A DNA stretch of 64,000 bases from positions 20,493 through 84,492 of IMG/VR virus record IMGVR_UViG_3300042516_003452; one strand, given 5' to 3'. The notes beneath the pieces are model-generated. The model saw only the letters and a list, made by a program, of their open reading frames with translations. It ran no database searches and was not told the DNA's origin. A program made the position numbers and the translations under genes. Position 1 is the first letter of the stretch. The number at the start of each line of letters is the position of its first letter. Shown in pieces: positions 35,708-45,191 of the stretch. Source of the stretch: a virus.

Positions 35708-36060
35708 AAGTCGACAAGCCATGGGGTTGGTACAACACACTGACCCCAGAACAAACCTCATTGTTCCGTGGCTACCTCGTTAAAGAACTCCATGTCAACA
35801 AAGGCCATCGCCTCAGTCTTCAGCGCCATCAACACCGGTGTGAACACTGGATCGTTGTCAATGGCGAAGGATTGTTTGAGTGTGATGGCCGTACACAAAT
35901 TGTGAATGAAGGTACTCACTTGTACATTCCAAAGCAATCAGTGCATCGCCTTACTGCAACAGAGCAAGACATTCGTATTGTCGAAGTTCAATGCGGTGAA
36001 GTAATCTCTGAAGACGACATCGAACGTCTGGAGGATGACTATGATCGATCACAGAACTAG
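35704..36060 (+). CDS. Cupin, mannose-6-phosphate isomerase type II (ManC C-terminal)-like
   Basis: KPWGWY...LSLQRHQHRCEHWIVV...EVQCGEVISEDDIERLEDDYDR. Confidence 0.85.
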   Translation: MKVDKPWGWYNTLTPEQTSLFRGYLVKELHVNKGHRLSLQRHQHRCEHWIVVNGEGLFECDGRTQIVNEGTHLYIPKQSVHRLTATEQDIRIVEVQCGEVISEDDIERLEDDYDRSQN

Positions 36061-36253
36061 CATGGTTGTTCAAGCAATCATTTGGAGTGTAGTCATCACA
36101 GGATTCAGCCTCCTACTCGTTGGCATGATCTTTGGTGAGCCAGAAACAACCGAGGATAAATTCAAAGTTGTTGACAACTACAAAGATTGCCAAGTCATCC
36201 AGTACAGTCCAAGCAACGCTGCTCGCTACCAGTACTTTCTTCACTGTCCATGA
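36041..36253 (+). CDS. Small membrane protein
   Basis: N-terminal TM helix; KFKVVDNYKDCQVIQY. Confidence 0.55.
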   Translation: MIDHRTSMVVQAIIWSVVITGFSLLLVGMIFGEPETTEDKFKVVDNYKDCQVIQYSPSNAARYQYFLHCP

Positions 36254-36888
36254 ACGTTGAACTTACCTGGGTAACACCCAACGCAGAAGAACTCATTGTC
36301 AAGATGGCACGGGTATCTGCACCCAAGAATCAAGACAACATGGACACTGCTCCACGGTTGTTGCGGTATCTGATCAAACACAAGCACTGGTCGCCATTTG
36401 AAATGGCAAACATGTGCGTAGAAATTGAGACGACGCGTGCAATCTCACCACAGATTCTTCGTCACAGATCATTCTCATTTCAGGAATTTAGTCAGCGTTA
36501 TGCAGACACCAGTGAGCTTGGCTCAGCTGTTATTCCTCATCTGCGTCGTCAAGATCACAGGAATCGTCAGAACAGTATCGATGATCTGTCTGCTGATGCA
36601 ATCAGTGGTTATTACCGCCGCATTAGCAAGTTGTATGAAGACGCTGAACATCTCTACCGCGAGATGGTTAGCAGCGGCATTGCAAAGGAATGTGCAAGGT
36701 CCGTCTTGCCACTTTCGACACAGACTCGTCTTTTCATGAACGGTACACTGCGTTCATGGATCCACTACCTCCAGCTTCGTTGTGACCCAGGAACCCAGCT
36801 CGAACACAGGCAAATCGCAGAAGCAGTCAAAGGAATCTTCTGCAAAGAATTCCCCATCATTGGAGAAGCAGCCTTTGCAGAAGACTGA
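36250..36888 (+). CDS. thyX: FAD-dependent thymidylate synthase
   Basis: HWSPFE and RHRSFSFQEFSQRY signature. Confidence 0.95.
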   Translation: MNVELTWVTPNAEELIVKMARVSAPKNQDNMDTAPRLLRYLIKHKHWSPFEMANMCVEIETTRAISPQILRHRSFSFQEFSQRYADTSELGSAVIPHLRRQDHRNRQNSIDDLSADAISGYYRRISKLYEDAEHLYREMVSSGIAKECARSVLPLSTQTRLFMNGTLRSWIHYLQLRCDPGTQLEHRQIAEAVKGIFCKEFPIIGEAAFAED

Positions 36889-37020
36889 TGAACTCAAGCA
36901 GTGGCGATCAGAAGGTCGCGGCGCTTTGTTTTTTTAATTCCATCACGGCATGCTTGGACTCCACATCCTTGCGTGCCAGCTTCTTCCGTTTGTCCACCAA
37001 GTAAACGATCAATGCTTTGT

Positions 37021-37173
37021 TCATTTGATTTGACCTCCAGTGACAAAGGGAAAGTAGCAAACGTTACGGTAGGTCAGGCAGAGCCAGGGACGGTGGGCTA
37101 AGTTCCACCAAGCTCTGTCTGCCTTGGCCTGATCCTCTTGGTTGTATTTGCAACCACGATACGTTAACGTCAT
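37021..37173 (-). CDS. DUF4278-like small protein (50 aa)
   Basis: MTLTYRGCKY...LTYRNVCY, duplicated LTYRG-like motif. Confidence 0.7.
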   Translation of the reverse strand: MTLTYRGCKYNQEDQAKADRAWWNLAHRPWLCLTYRNVCYFPFVTGGQIK

Positions 37174-37180
37174 GGTTTTA

Positions 37181-37194
37181 GTATCTATTGATAC
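37181..37194. promoter_or_regulatory. NtcA-binding consensus GTA-N8-TAC
   Basis: GTATCTATTGATAC, 7 nt upstream of the DUF4278-like ATG. Confidence 0.6.
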
Positions 37195-37256
37195 GGAAAC
37201 TATATGACGATTGATGTATATGATGTCGTTCACCAGGTAACACAACTCAAGATTCA

Positions 37257-37553
37257 ATGAAAGGTTTTGGTTCAACTCAACAACCAACGAAGTCAGCAGC
37301 GTATTGGATCGCTGCCTATGCCAAAGACAATGAAGATGAACCACTTGGTGTGTTCAAAAAAGTTCTGGCCTACAAACCAGGTCAGGACAAAGAACTCTTG
37401 ATGATTCGTTACTGCAATTCAGTCATGAAGATCAACCGAAACATATGGGAGATGCTGGTCCACCAAGGACCAACTGAAATCCCAGACTCTGGTGACCAAA
37501 TTGTTTTACGATTATCCAGGGAAAAGTTTAAGGGCTCTGCTCAAGTAAACTGA
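37257..37553 (+). CDS. Hypothetical protein
   Basis: 98 aa, MKGFG N-terminus. Confidence 0.6.
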   Translation: MKGFGSTQQPTKSAAYWIAAYAKDNEDEPLGVFKKVLAYKPGQDKELLMIRYCNSVMKINRNIWEMLVHQGPTEIPDSGDQIVLRLSREKFKGSAQVN

Positions 37554-37576
37554 CTAACCATTACCACTAATCACCC

Positions 37577-37759
37577 ATGAACGCTGAAAACAAACGATTG
37601 ATCAAACAGTTTGTACTGGATCGCCTGTGGAGCGACACAGATCAGCTTCGTCTTGATCTCGACGTTTATTCAATTACTCGCAGTATTGATCCGCTGGAAG
37701 CAATGGAGGAATACGAGTACCAAGTTGAGCGAATCCAAAAGATGCTTGCCTGCTACTGA
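37577..37759 (+). CDS. Hypothetical protein
   Basis: 60 aa ORF. Confidence 0.55.
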   Translation: MNAENKRLIKQFVLDRLWSDTDQLRLDLDVYSITRSIDPLEAMEEYEYQVERIQKMLACY

Positions 37760-37780
37760 AAAGCCGCTCCCCAATCACCC

Positions 37781-38140
37781 ATGACACAACAACATCTCAT
37801 CGCCCCACCGCCTGAGCTGGTGCAGCAGTGGCGAGAAGCGCCCGAGTTCTCTGCATTGTCTCCGTGTGTGATGGTCACTTGCACCACTACCAAGCTGCAA
37901 GACATCGCTACTCAAGCTGCCCAATGGGGCGCAGACCAGGAGCTGGAGGCGTGCTGTGCGCTGATGGACGACTGGGGTCTTGATGGCGAAGACCTTATGC
38001 AGTGCCGCCGCCCCAAGCCGCCGAGCTTGAAGGAGCAGGCGCTGGATGATCTGCACATTGCTTTTGACAGGGGCTGTCTCAGCGAAGGACAGGCCGACAC
38101 TATCCGCCGCGCCCTTGAACAACTCGCCGACAACGAGTAG
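37781..38140 (+). CDS. Conserved cyanophage-type hypothetical protein
   Basis: PPPELVQQW...AAQWGADQELEAC...RRPKPPSLKEQAL; more GC-rich than neighbours. Confidence 0.65.
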   Translation: MTQQHLIAPPPELVQQWREAPEFSALSPCVMVTCTTTKLQDIATQAAQWGADQELEACCALMDDWGLDGEDLMQCRRPKPPSLKEQALDDLHIAFDRGCLSEGQADTIRRALEQLADNE

Positions 38141-38172
38141 TCACCTTCACTAACATTCCCGATCAGGAAGAT

Positions 38173-38200
38173 GGACCTAAGTAAGTCCTTAAACTGCTGA
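38173..38200 (+). ncRNA. H-type pseudoknot, copy 3 (weaker P2)
   Basis: GGAC-CTAAGTAA-GTCC-TTAAAC-TGCTGA. Confidence 0.6.
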
Positions 38201-38233
38201 TTAGTTTTTCTTATCATTCAATTCAACTCAACC

Positions 38234-39004
38234 ATGAAACTTCTCAAGTTTTCCAAGGGCAACGGCAAGCTCAGCAACCGCCTGATCTTTAGCCTGCCTG
38301 CTGGCTACTCATGCCCACACGCTGGTGTGTGCAAGACCTTTGCTGATCGCACTACTGGTGCCATCACTGACCTGCCTCAGTACACAGGTGTGACAGCTGA
38401 ACGGGACTTCCGTTGCTTTGCTGCCATGGCAGAGGTACGGCCTAACGTGCGGGAAGCGCGTTGGCACAACTGGGATCTGCTGCGTGAAACCATTCACATG
38501 AATGGGAATCAAGCCATGTTGATTCGTGACTTGATCGACCTGTCTCTCCTGATGCATCCGCCCAAGAAGCTGGTTCGCATCCATGAGTCTGGTGACTTCT
38601 GGACTGAGAACTATATGAAGGCTTGGATGATGGTTGCCCAGGGTAGGCCCGAACAAAAGTTCTATGCCTACACCAAGTCCCTTGGTATGTGGTACAATCT
38701 GCGTGACATGATTCCACCCAACTTCTATCTCACTGCATCGCACGGTGGTACGCTCGACTACCTAATGGAAAAGTATCCCGAAGTATTCACCAGGGTTGCT
38801 CACGTTGTATACACAGAAGAACAAGCCGCAGAGCTTGGTCTTGAGATTGACCATGACGACAGCCATTGTCTTGGTGACAAACCATTCGCACTACTGGTCC
38901 ATGGTTCCCAGCGGGCTGGTAGTGAGGCAAGTCAAGCCATCTCTCAACGTAAGAAAGAAGGTGGATTTGTGGGATACGGCAAATCAAATCAGAAGACAAG
39001 CTGA
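38234..39004 (+). CDS. GP88-like protein (Cys-containing, radical-SAM-like fold suspected)
   Basis: FSLPAGYSCP...C...CFA, VRIHESGDF, FYAYTK motifs. Confidence 0.6.
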   Translation: MKLLKFSKGNGKLSNRLIFSLPAGYSCPHAGVCKTFADRTTGAITDLPQYTGVTAERDFRCFAAMAEVRPNVREARWHNWDLLRETIHMNGNQAMLIRDLIDLSLLMHPPKKLVRIHESGDFWTENYMKAWMMVAQGRPEQKFYAYTKSLGMWYNLRDMIPPNFYLTASHGGTLDYLMEKYPEVFTRVAHVVYTEEQAAELGLEIDHDDSHCLGDKPFALLVHGSQRAGSEASQAISQRKKEGGFVGYGKSNQKTS

Positions 39005-39060
39005 AGACACTTGCGTTATTTGAAAGATCGGATAACATCTGTCCGGTCTTTCAATTATTC

Positions 39061-39294
39061 ATGTCGTACGTCATTGCCACTTGGAAGGAGGGTAAGGCAT
39101 TTGCCATTACTGCCTGCTCTTCTTCCAATCAATTCCAATTAATTCCATTAGATTCAGAAGTAGCTCTGAACAAGATTTTCTCCCATCCTTACCGGGCTGG
39201 TGCTCAGTCGATCTTGGCGTGGATTAACAACAATGACAGCAAACTTGCCGGTGCACAGCTCTCAATTCAAGATGAAGCCAGATTCCGTAAATGA
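39061..39294 (+). CDS. Hypothetical protein
   Basis: 77 aa ORF. Confidence 0.55.
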   Translation: MSYVIATWKEGKAFAITACSSSNQFQLIPLDSEVALNKIFSHPYRAGAQSILAWINNNDSKLAGAQLSIQDEARFRK

Positions 39295-41092
39295 ATCCTG
39301 GTTGATCTTTGACATTGAAACCAATGGCTTGTACGACCAGGCAACGGAAGTCTTTTGCATTGTTATTTATGACATCAACAAACAACAGACTTTTAGTTAT
39401 GGGCCTGATCGCACTGCTGATGCTCTTGCTCATTTGGCAACCGCTGATGTACTCATTGGTCACAATGTGATTTTTTATGACGTTCCTGTTCTGCAAAAGC
39501 TGCATTCATTTGTCAGCAAAGCACGCATCATTGACACGCTCATTTGCACCAGATTGATCTGGCCCAAAGAAATCCTGGAGGATCTTGACAATGAACAATA
39601 TCCGCAGGTTCCCAAGGCGAACCGTGGATCCGCATCACTTAAGGCCTGGGGATGGCGCCTGGCCAATCACAAGATCACGTTCAAAGACTTCTCCGAATTT
39701 TCTCAGGAGATGTTGGACTACTGTGTCCAGGACGTTATGGTCACCCGTAGCCTTTGGCAATTCATCGTCAAACAAAACTATCCAGAGTCATCGCTCCGGC
39801 TTGAGCACGACTTTGCTCTTGCCATTAACAAACAAATTAGAGCAGGTTTTCCTTTTGATGTTGATGCATGCCTTGATCTCGTGGATGGTCTTAGAGCAAA
39901 ACAGAAAGAACTGGAATCTCATCTGAAGGAACTCTTTCCGCCCATTAAGCACGAAGAGATCTTTGTGCCCAAGGTCAACAACACCAAACGTGGTTATGTC
40001 AAAGGACAACCTTTCACCAAAGTCCGCTACGAAGAGTTCAATCCAGGATCTCGTGATCAGATTGTTAATCGACTCGGCGCTAAGTACGGATGGAAACCAC
40101 AGAGCTTTACTGAAAAAGGAAATCCAATTGTTAATGATGAAGTACTAGAGCAGCTTCCGTATCCTGAAGCACAACCACTGGCTGAGTACATGCTTATAAA
40201 GAAGAGGCTCGGTCAAATCGCTGATGGAAACAATGCTTGGCTCAAGCTTGTCAACAACGATGATCTCTGTATACACGGCGATCTGGTTACTAACGGCTGC
40301 ATTACTGGGCGCTGTTCACACCGTTATCCAAACATGGGTCAGGTCCCGGCAGCTTACTCACCGTATGGAAAAGAATGCCGAACTTTGTTCCATGCTCCTT
40401 ACGGGTGGGACCTTGTTGGTGTTGACGCTAAAGCACTTGAACTTCGTTGCCTCGCTGGATACCTTGCCGTCTGGGATGGAGGTGAGTACGCCACTCTGGT
40501 GACAGACGAATCGATTGACATTCACACCTACAACCAACAGCAGTTTGGTGTGGAGACCAGGGACATCAGCAAACGTTTGCTGTATGGAATGCTCTATGGA
40601 TGTGGTGCGGTGAAGGCTGGCACTATCATTGATCCGAATGAAAAAGATCCAGAAGTTCTGCGTCAACTAGGAAGATCTGCAATTAATTCATTCATGACAG
40701 GTGTACCAGCGCTCAAGAAATTGAAGCAACAACTAGAATACACTGTGCAAGAACGTGGATTCCTGCGTGGATTGGATAAGCGTGCACTCTTCTGCCGCTC
40801 TGAATTCAAAGCATTGAATGTATTACTCCAGGCAGCTGGTGCTCTCATCATGAAGCAGGTGGTCATCAACCTGCATAACAACCTGGAAGGACTGGGACTT
40901 GTACATGGCAAGGACTGGATCCAACACGCCATGGTTCACGATGAAGTACAGCTGTCTTGTCCCAAGGATCTGACTGCAACAATCCAAGAACAAGCTTTGC
41001 TTGCATTCCCGCAAGCCCAAGACTTCTTTGGATTCCGCTGTAAGATTGAAGGCGACTCACGCGTCGGCTCGAACTGGGCACAGACACACTGA
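39272..41092 (+). CDS. polA: DNA polymerase family A (T7-like) with 3'-5' exonuclease
   Basis: Exo I FDIET, motif A DAKALELR, motif B KRLLYGMLYG (Tyr at the 762-equivalent position), motif C VHDE. Confidence 0.95.
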   Translation: MKPDSVNESWLIFDIETNGLYDQATEVFCIVIYDINKQQTFSYGPDRTADALAHLATADVLIGHNVIFYDVPVLQKLHSFVSKARIIDTLICTRLIWPKEILEDLDNEQYPQVPKANRGSASLKAWGWRLANHKITFKDFSEFSQEMLDYCVQDVMVTRSLWQFIVKQNYPESSLRLEHDFALAINKQIRAGFPFDVDACLDLVDGLRAKQKELESHLKELFPPIKHEEIFVPKVNNTKRGYVKGQPFTKVRYEEFNPGSRDQIVNRLGAKYGWKPQSFTEKGNPIVNDEVLEQLPYPEAQPLAEYMLIKKRLGQIADGNNAWLKLVNNDDLCIHGDLVTNGCITGRCSHRYPNMGQVPAAYSPYGKECRTLFHAPYGWDLVGVDAKALELRCLAGYLAVWDGGEYATLVTDESIDIHTYNQQQFGVETRDISKRLLYGMLYGCGAVKAGTIIDPNEKDPEVLRQLGRSAINSFMTGVPALKKLKQQLEYTVQERGFLRGLDKRALFCRSEFKALNVLLQAAGALIMKQVVINLHNNLEGLGLVHGKDWIQHAMVHDEVQLSCPKDLTATIQEQALLAFPQAQDFFGFRCKIEGDSRVGSNWAQTH

Positions 41093-41095
41093 ACC

Positions 41096-41272
41096 ATGAG
41101 CAACAAAACTACTGTTGAACTTACAGGAAAAGCAATTGGCTCTTTGCTTGCTTTTGTTTTGTTTTCTGTGTTGATTAAGTACGCTTTTGATTTTACCTGG
41201 TTTCAAGGATGTGTCCTTGGATATTTGTTTTGGTTAATCCGAGAAGGTATCCAAACCATTAAGAGTAATTAG
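41096..41272 (+). CDS. Small two-TM membrane protein (58 aa)
   Basis: Hand translation; T-rich, hydrophobic. Confidence 0.5.
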   Translation: MSNKTTVELTGKAIGSLLAFVLFSVLIKYAFDFTWFQGCVLGYLFWLIREGIQTIKSN

Positions 41273-41277
41273 TAATT

Positions 41278-41305
41278 CGTCCTCAGGTATGACGTTAAAC
41301 TGCCT
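41278..41305 (+). ncRNA. H-type pseudoknot, copy 4 (upstream of ssb)
   Basis: CGTC-CTCAGGTAT-GACG-TTAAAC-TGCCT. Confidence 0.75.
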
Positions 41306-41326
41306 TAACACCAACTTCTCAAAACA

Positions 41327-42157
41327 ATGAACATTGCTGATGTCTGCGCTGTCCTCATGGAACAACCCCGTGAGGTATTCACCAGTGCGACTGCATCCAA
41401 CCTGCGTGCAGTAGTTAATCTACCTCCGGTTGGTTCCAACAAAGCTCCAACTCCAGTCGAACTCAATGTCTACGGAAAAGCCTGCGATCGGTTCCGTCAC
41501 AACAAAGCAAACGACCGTCTACTTATTTACGGCTCCAAGCTACGTTTCGACGTTAACACCCGAGCGTATTCGTTACATGGAGGAGTTGTCCACCAGATCA
41601 CGGATGAGTTTCCAATCCTCAATCGCGTCATCCTCTCGGGACGTTGCGTGAAAGATCTGGATCTCAGTGATCCTCGTGTGTTTAAAACAACGCCTGATGG
41701 CTTGATGATTTGTAACCAGAGCCTTTCTGTTTACATGGGTAAGAATCAGGCTGATCTGTTTAACTTCTATGCCATCAATACGGCTAACGATAAGTTAAAC
41801 AACGCAGAGATCATTGCTAACTTCACCCGTAAAGGTGTGGGCATTACAGTGTCTGGTCGTCTGGTCACCGATGCCTGGACCGATAAGCAAAGCAATGAAC
41901 GCAAGATCAACACCAAGATCCAGGTGAATCAAATCACCTTGGCTCCCAAAGCTGATGCCACCAAGAACACTGAGTCTCAGACAAAACCTGTGCAAACCAA
42001 CACACCGGTTGCACCAAGCTCAAGTGACGCTAGCCTATGGGGCGCAGCTAACGCACCACAACCTACTGATCCCTGGACCCACGCCTCTGGCGGTGGTCTG
42101 CCTGACCTCCCTGGTCAATACTCCAACTCACCTTCATTCGACGAAGTTCCTTTCTAA
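41327..42157 (+). CDS. ssb: Single-stranded DNA-binding protein with two OB folds
   Basis: NRVILSGR...KGVGITVSGRLVTDAWTDK OB fold, extra N-terminal OB-like domain, C-terminal DEVPF. Confidence 0.85.
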   Translation: MNIADVCAVLMEQPREVFTSATASNLRAVVNLPPVGSNKAPTPVELNVYGKACDRFRHNKANDRLLIYGSKLRFDVNTRAYSLHGGVVHQITDEFPILNRVILSGRCVKDLDLSDPRVFKTTPDGLMICNQSLSVYMGKNQADLFNFYAINTANDKLNNAEIIANFTRKGVGITVSGRLVTDAWTDKQSNERKINTKIQVNQITLAPKADATKNTESQTKPVQTNTPVAPSSSDASLWGAANAPQPTDPWTHASGGGLPDLPGQYSNSPSFDEVPF

Positions 42158-42387
42158 TGACACTCCCAAGAGTCAACAACTACACGCTCTTGCAAGAGAG
42201 CGATAACTCCAGTTGCATCTACAAGTTCCAGGGTGATTACTTTCCTGATGTACTTGTTCACATGGTGGACTTTCTAAAGGGAGTTGGTTTCCTTGAAGAG
42301 ACAATCCATCGTGGAATGTACGATGCTGCTGAGGAGTACTTCAAGTACCAGCAAAGCATCTGCTCTGAGTCAAGTCCATTTGACTAA
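42157..42387 (+). CDS. Hypothetical protein
   Basis: 76 aa, MVDFLKGVGF motif. Confidence 0.6.
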   Translation: MTLPRVNNYTLLQESDNSSCIYKFQGDYFPDVLVHMVDFLKGVGFLEETIHRGMYDAAEEYFKYQQSICSESSPFD

Positions 42388-42392
42388 GAACA

Positions 42393-42420
42393 CGTCCTGG
42401 GTATGACGTTAAACTGCCTA
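42393..42420 (+). ncRNA. H-type pseudoknot, copy 5
   Basis: CGTC-CTGGGTAT-GACG-TTAAAC-TGCCTA. Confidence 0.75.
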
Positions 42421-42441
42421 ACTCCAAACCCTGAACTAACT

Positions 42442-43458
42442 ATGACCGCATCCATGACTACTAAGAAAACGTCTGCACTTGCCACTCGTGGACTGGAATC
42501 TTTCAAGATGTTCCAGTCCAAAGAATTTGTATCTGGTTACCAGAACCTTGTTACAATTCAACCCCTGAACAAATCAAAAGTTCGTGGTTGGTTTGTCCGT
42601 AAGTCCGACCTGGATACTTGCGGATGGAATGCTACTGAAGATGACTTTGATTCCAGTTCTGTTATTTGGAACTACAAGCAGACCTTTGGTATGGCGCCCA
42701 ATACCTCCATTGAGGAGGGCCTCAACTTTGTTGCGCCTCGCATGCAGATCTTGTTGCGTTCTCCCCTGATGGTTGAAGAAACCACAGGGATGCGTCAAAC
42801 GATTGGCACCTTTGAGCATCCAGAGGTGAAGGAAATGTTTGAGAACGACAAGCTGGCTGCTGATCTTGCCAATAGTAAAGGTGAGATGTACAAGCGTAAG
42901 TACAGCGTGCGTACCAAGTATCTGGTGTATGTGCTGACCAAGGACAACAAGCGTGCTCATAAGATCCCCATGGTCCTGACCTTGAAGGGATTGAATGGCA
43001 CTGATGTGTCCGAGAAGGTCAAGCTGTATGAAAAGGAAATGTCCAAGTGCCTGAGCAAAGCACTGGACTCTGAGGTGCCCCTGGCATTCAACGAAAAGTT
43101 CTATGCCACAACGGTGTTTATCCCCATGCTTGCCAACGAGATGCGTGGTGCCAACAACGTTGAGATTTGCGCCATCGAATCCTTCGAGATTCCTGACTAC
43201 AGCTCCCAAGATGAAGCGATTAGCTCACTGAATCGCCTCAGCATTCCCGATGAAGATCGTGAATCAACCTGGAAGTTCCAGGAAATGTTTGGTGATTACA
43301 TCAACCAACACGCTCGTCAGGATGCAGAACGCCTTGGTGGTGCCTATGGAATCAAGCAAGGTGTTGAAATCCTTCCCGTGTCCCGTACTACGGATGCAGT
43401 TGAAGTAAAAGCTTTACCTGCTCGTGACCCGATGACTGGTGAGGATGAGTCACTCTGA
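42442..43458 (+). CDS. Hypothetical replication/recombination-module protein (possibly DUF5895-like)
   Basis: About 338 aa next to ssb; family assignment from memory only. Confidence 0.5.
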   Translation: MTASMTTKKTSALATRGLESFKMFQSKEFVSGYQNLVTIQPLNKSKVRGWFVRKSDLDTCGWNATEDDFDSSSVIWNYKQTFGMAPNTSIEEGLNFVAPRMQILLRSPLMVEETTGMRQTIGTFEHPEVKEMFENDKLAADLANSKGEMYKRKYSVRTKYLVYVLTKDNKRAHKIPMVLTLKGLNGTDVSEKVKLYEKEMSKCLSKALDSEVPLAFNEKFYATTVFIPMLANEMRGANNVEICAIESFEIPDYSSQDEAISSLNRLSIPDEDRESTWKFQEMFGDYINQHARQDAERLGGAYGIKQGVEILPVSRTTDAVEVKALPARDPMTGEDESL

Positions 43459-43713
43459 TTGACCAATGATCGGGGGGTTATCCAAGCCGCCTTCAACTGA
43501 AACATTGTTGAAGATAAACATATCTTGGACTAATCCCCTGATTACACCTTGACGATTAGTGGCGATCTGCGCAAGCAAGGTCGCCATTTCTTTTAAGGCA
43601 CTTACCGAATTACATTCTTCTATTGATCGTTTGATCTTTTCGAGCCAGAACTTGTCATCAAGCGTTGGCTCAATCTGGAATTGTGTAAGAGGTACGTACT
43701 TAATCTCGTCCAT
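43450..43713 (-). CDS. Hypothetical protein
   Basis: 87 aa ORF. Confidence 0.55.
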   Translation of the reverse strand: MDEIKYVPLTQFQIEPTLDDKFWLEKIKRSIEECNSVSALKEMATLLAQIATNRQGVIRGLVQDMFIFNNVSVEGGLDNPPIIGQSE

Positions 43714-43794
43714 TTTGTATTCAATTGTTACAGCAATTCTACTTCTACAGTTAAAGGTATCTACAAACTTTGCAATGTATTAAGGATTACACAC

Positions 43795-44001
43795 ATGAAA
43801 CCAGAAGACAAAGCAGCAATCAAGGCAGGTGGCGCCACGGCTTTGGTCGTTGGTACTATTGCCACATTCATGGCCAACCCTGTAGCATGGGGTGCGGTCC
43901 TCTACGGATCGTATAAGATGGCCAAGCTAGCTCGCGATCACGTTCGTGAGACCAAAGCTAAGCAGAACCGTGGTGATAAAGACCATGGTTTCTACATCTG
44001 A
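43795..44001 (+). CDS. Small membrane protein
   Basis: MKPEDKAAIKAGGATALVVG... Confidence 0.55.
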   Translation: MKPEDKAAIKAGGATALVVGTIATFMANPVAWGAVLYGSYKMAKLARDHVRETKAKQNRGDKDHGFYI

Positions 44002-44025
44002 TCTCAACTCAACCCAATTCAAATC

Positions 44026-44973
44026 ATGTCAACCCAACTCCAGAACCAGGAACTCAACACGGCGCAGGCGTCGATCTACACGCGGACGAACATCCGTCGT
44101 GCGTTCCAGGACTTTGATGACACCGACATTGCTGGGATTTATCTGCGAGGCGACAATTGTCTTGTGGTGCGCCGCGATGGTAGTGAGCAGACTTACGCAC
44201 GGGAGCTGATCAAAGCAGCATACTCAACTTATACTCATAGACTCAAGGATTTCTTTTCGTATCTTGGCCCCAATTATCGTGGCCCTAGTGTATGGCATAA
44301 CAATGCTTACATACTTTTTAAGGGCTGGAACTACACCCACGCACTGGGACACCTGACTTCCAATGCAAAACTCCAAGCCCATTGGGCGGACAAATTTATC
44401 CACATCACGGATGAACAAAAGGCAGTGGCCTTACTTCAAGGTGATCAAACCGACTTGGGGCATCTGGTTGCTCCAGACGGGTTGCGGCTTCCGAATCAAC
44501 CGCTTGACTTGGACCGTGACATGGAGGAAAAAGAGTCCGATGTACAGGCAGTCAATGCTGAACCTTATTGCTCATGTGGGTCCTTTCAGCGTCAGCTGCT
44601 TAATGTTTCAGACTTCCAAGCTGAGATCCAGGGATTCAAACCCTGGTGTATCCATCTGACTTGGTTCAATAAGTACAGAGAGCTATTGTGCAAACGTACT
44701 GAAGCACGTAACGCTAGTCCGAGTGGTACACCGGATAAGTGCGTGGCCTGGTGGTACGCACCGCCTGCTGATGCCACCAGTGATGGGCGCTTTGTTCTGC
44801 TCCATACCAAATCTGGTGCTCAGGCTCCACTGACGCACTGGCGTACTTACAAACCCAATGAGGTGTTCACTCAGAACCATGCATGGGATCTGTTCTTCAA
44901 TATGATGGAGGCTGGTTACGTTCCATTCCCTGGTGTTGCCTTACCTCAACTCAAAGCTGCCATCAAGAAATGA
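44026..44973 (+). CDS. SWIM zinc-finger protein
   Basis: YCSCGSF...PWCIHL. Confidence 0.65.
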   Translation: MSTQLQNQELNTAQASIYTRTNIRRAFQDFDDTDIAGIYLRGDNCLVVRRDGSEQTYARELIKAAYSTYTHRLKDFFSYLGPNYRGPSVWHNNAYILFKGWNYTHALGHLTSNAKLQAHWADKFIHITDEQKAVALLQGDQTDLGHLVAPDGLRLPNQPLDLDRDMEEKESDVQAVNAEPYCSCGSFQRQLLNVSDFQAEIQGFKPWCIHLTWFNKYRELLCKRTEARNASPSGTPDKCVAWWYAPPADATSDGRFVLLHTKSGAQAPLTHWRTYKPNEVFTQNHAWDLFFNMMEAGYVPFPGVALPQLKAAIKK

Positions 44974-45191
44974 GTGATCCAATCTTTGATGACATCCTTG
45001 ACTATGCTCGTAAACTTGCAACGCAACCCAAGATGATTAGTCACCTTCGCTACGAACTTGACATCCCAGAAGAGACTCACTGGGAACTTGTCAAGCTAGC
45101 TGCTGACCTTAAAATGCATCACGAAGACTACGCACTTAACGTTCTTATTGGTCATGTTGAATCTGAACTGGATCGAAAAGCTCAAGGTTGA
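44970..45191 (+). CDS. Ribbon-helix-helix-like protein
   Basis: RYELDIPEETHWELVKLAADLKM. Confidence 0.5.
   Translation: MSDPIFDDILDYARKLATQPKMISHLRYELDIPEETHWELVKLAADLKMHHEDYALNVLIGHVESELDRKAQG

Noticed and set aside
37205-37256. Glutamine (downstream-peptide) riboswitch for the DUF4278-like gene
   Set aside because: CGTTCA occurs only on the opposite strand, and I see no matching 3' part of the motif.
39272-41092. Intein or intron in DNA polymerase, TerL or primase
   Set aside because: Lengths and motif spacing are normal, and no splice-junction motifs or frame breaks were seen.
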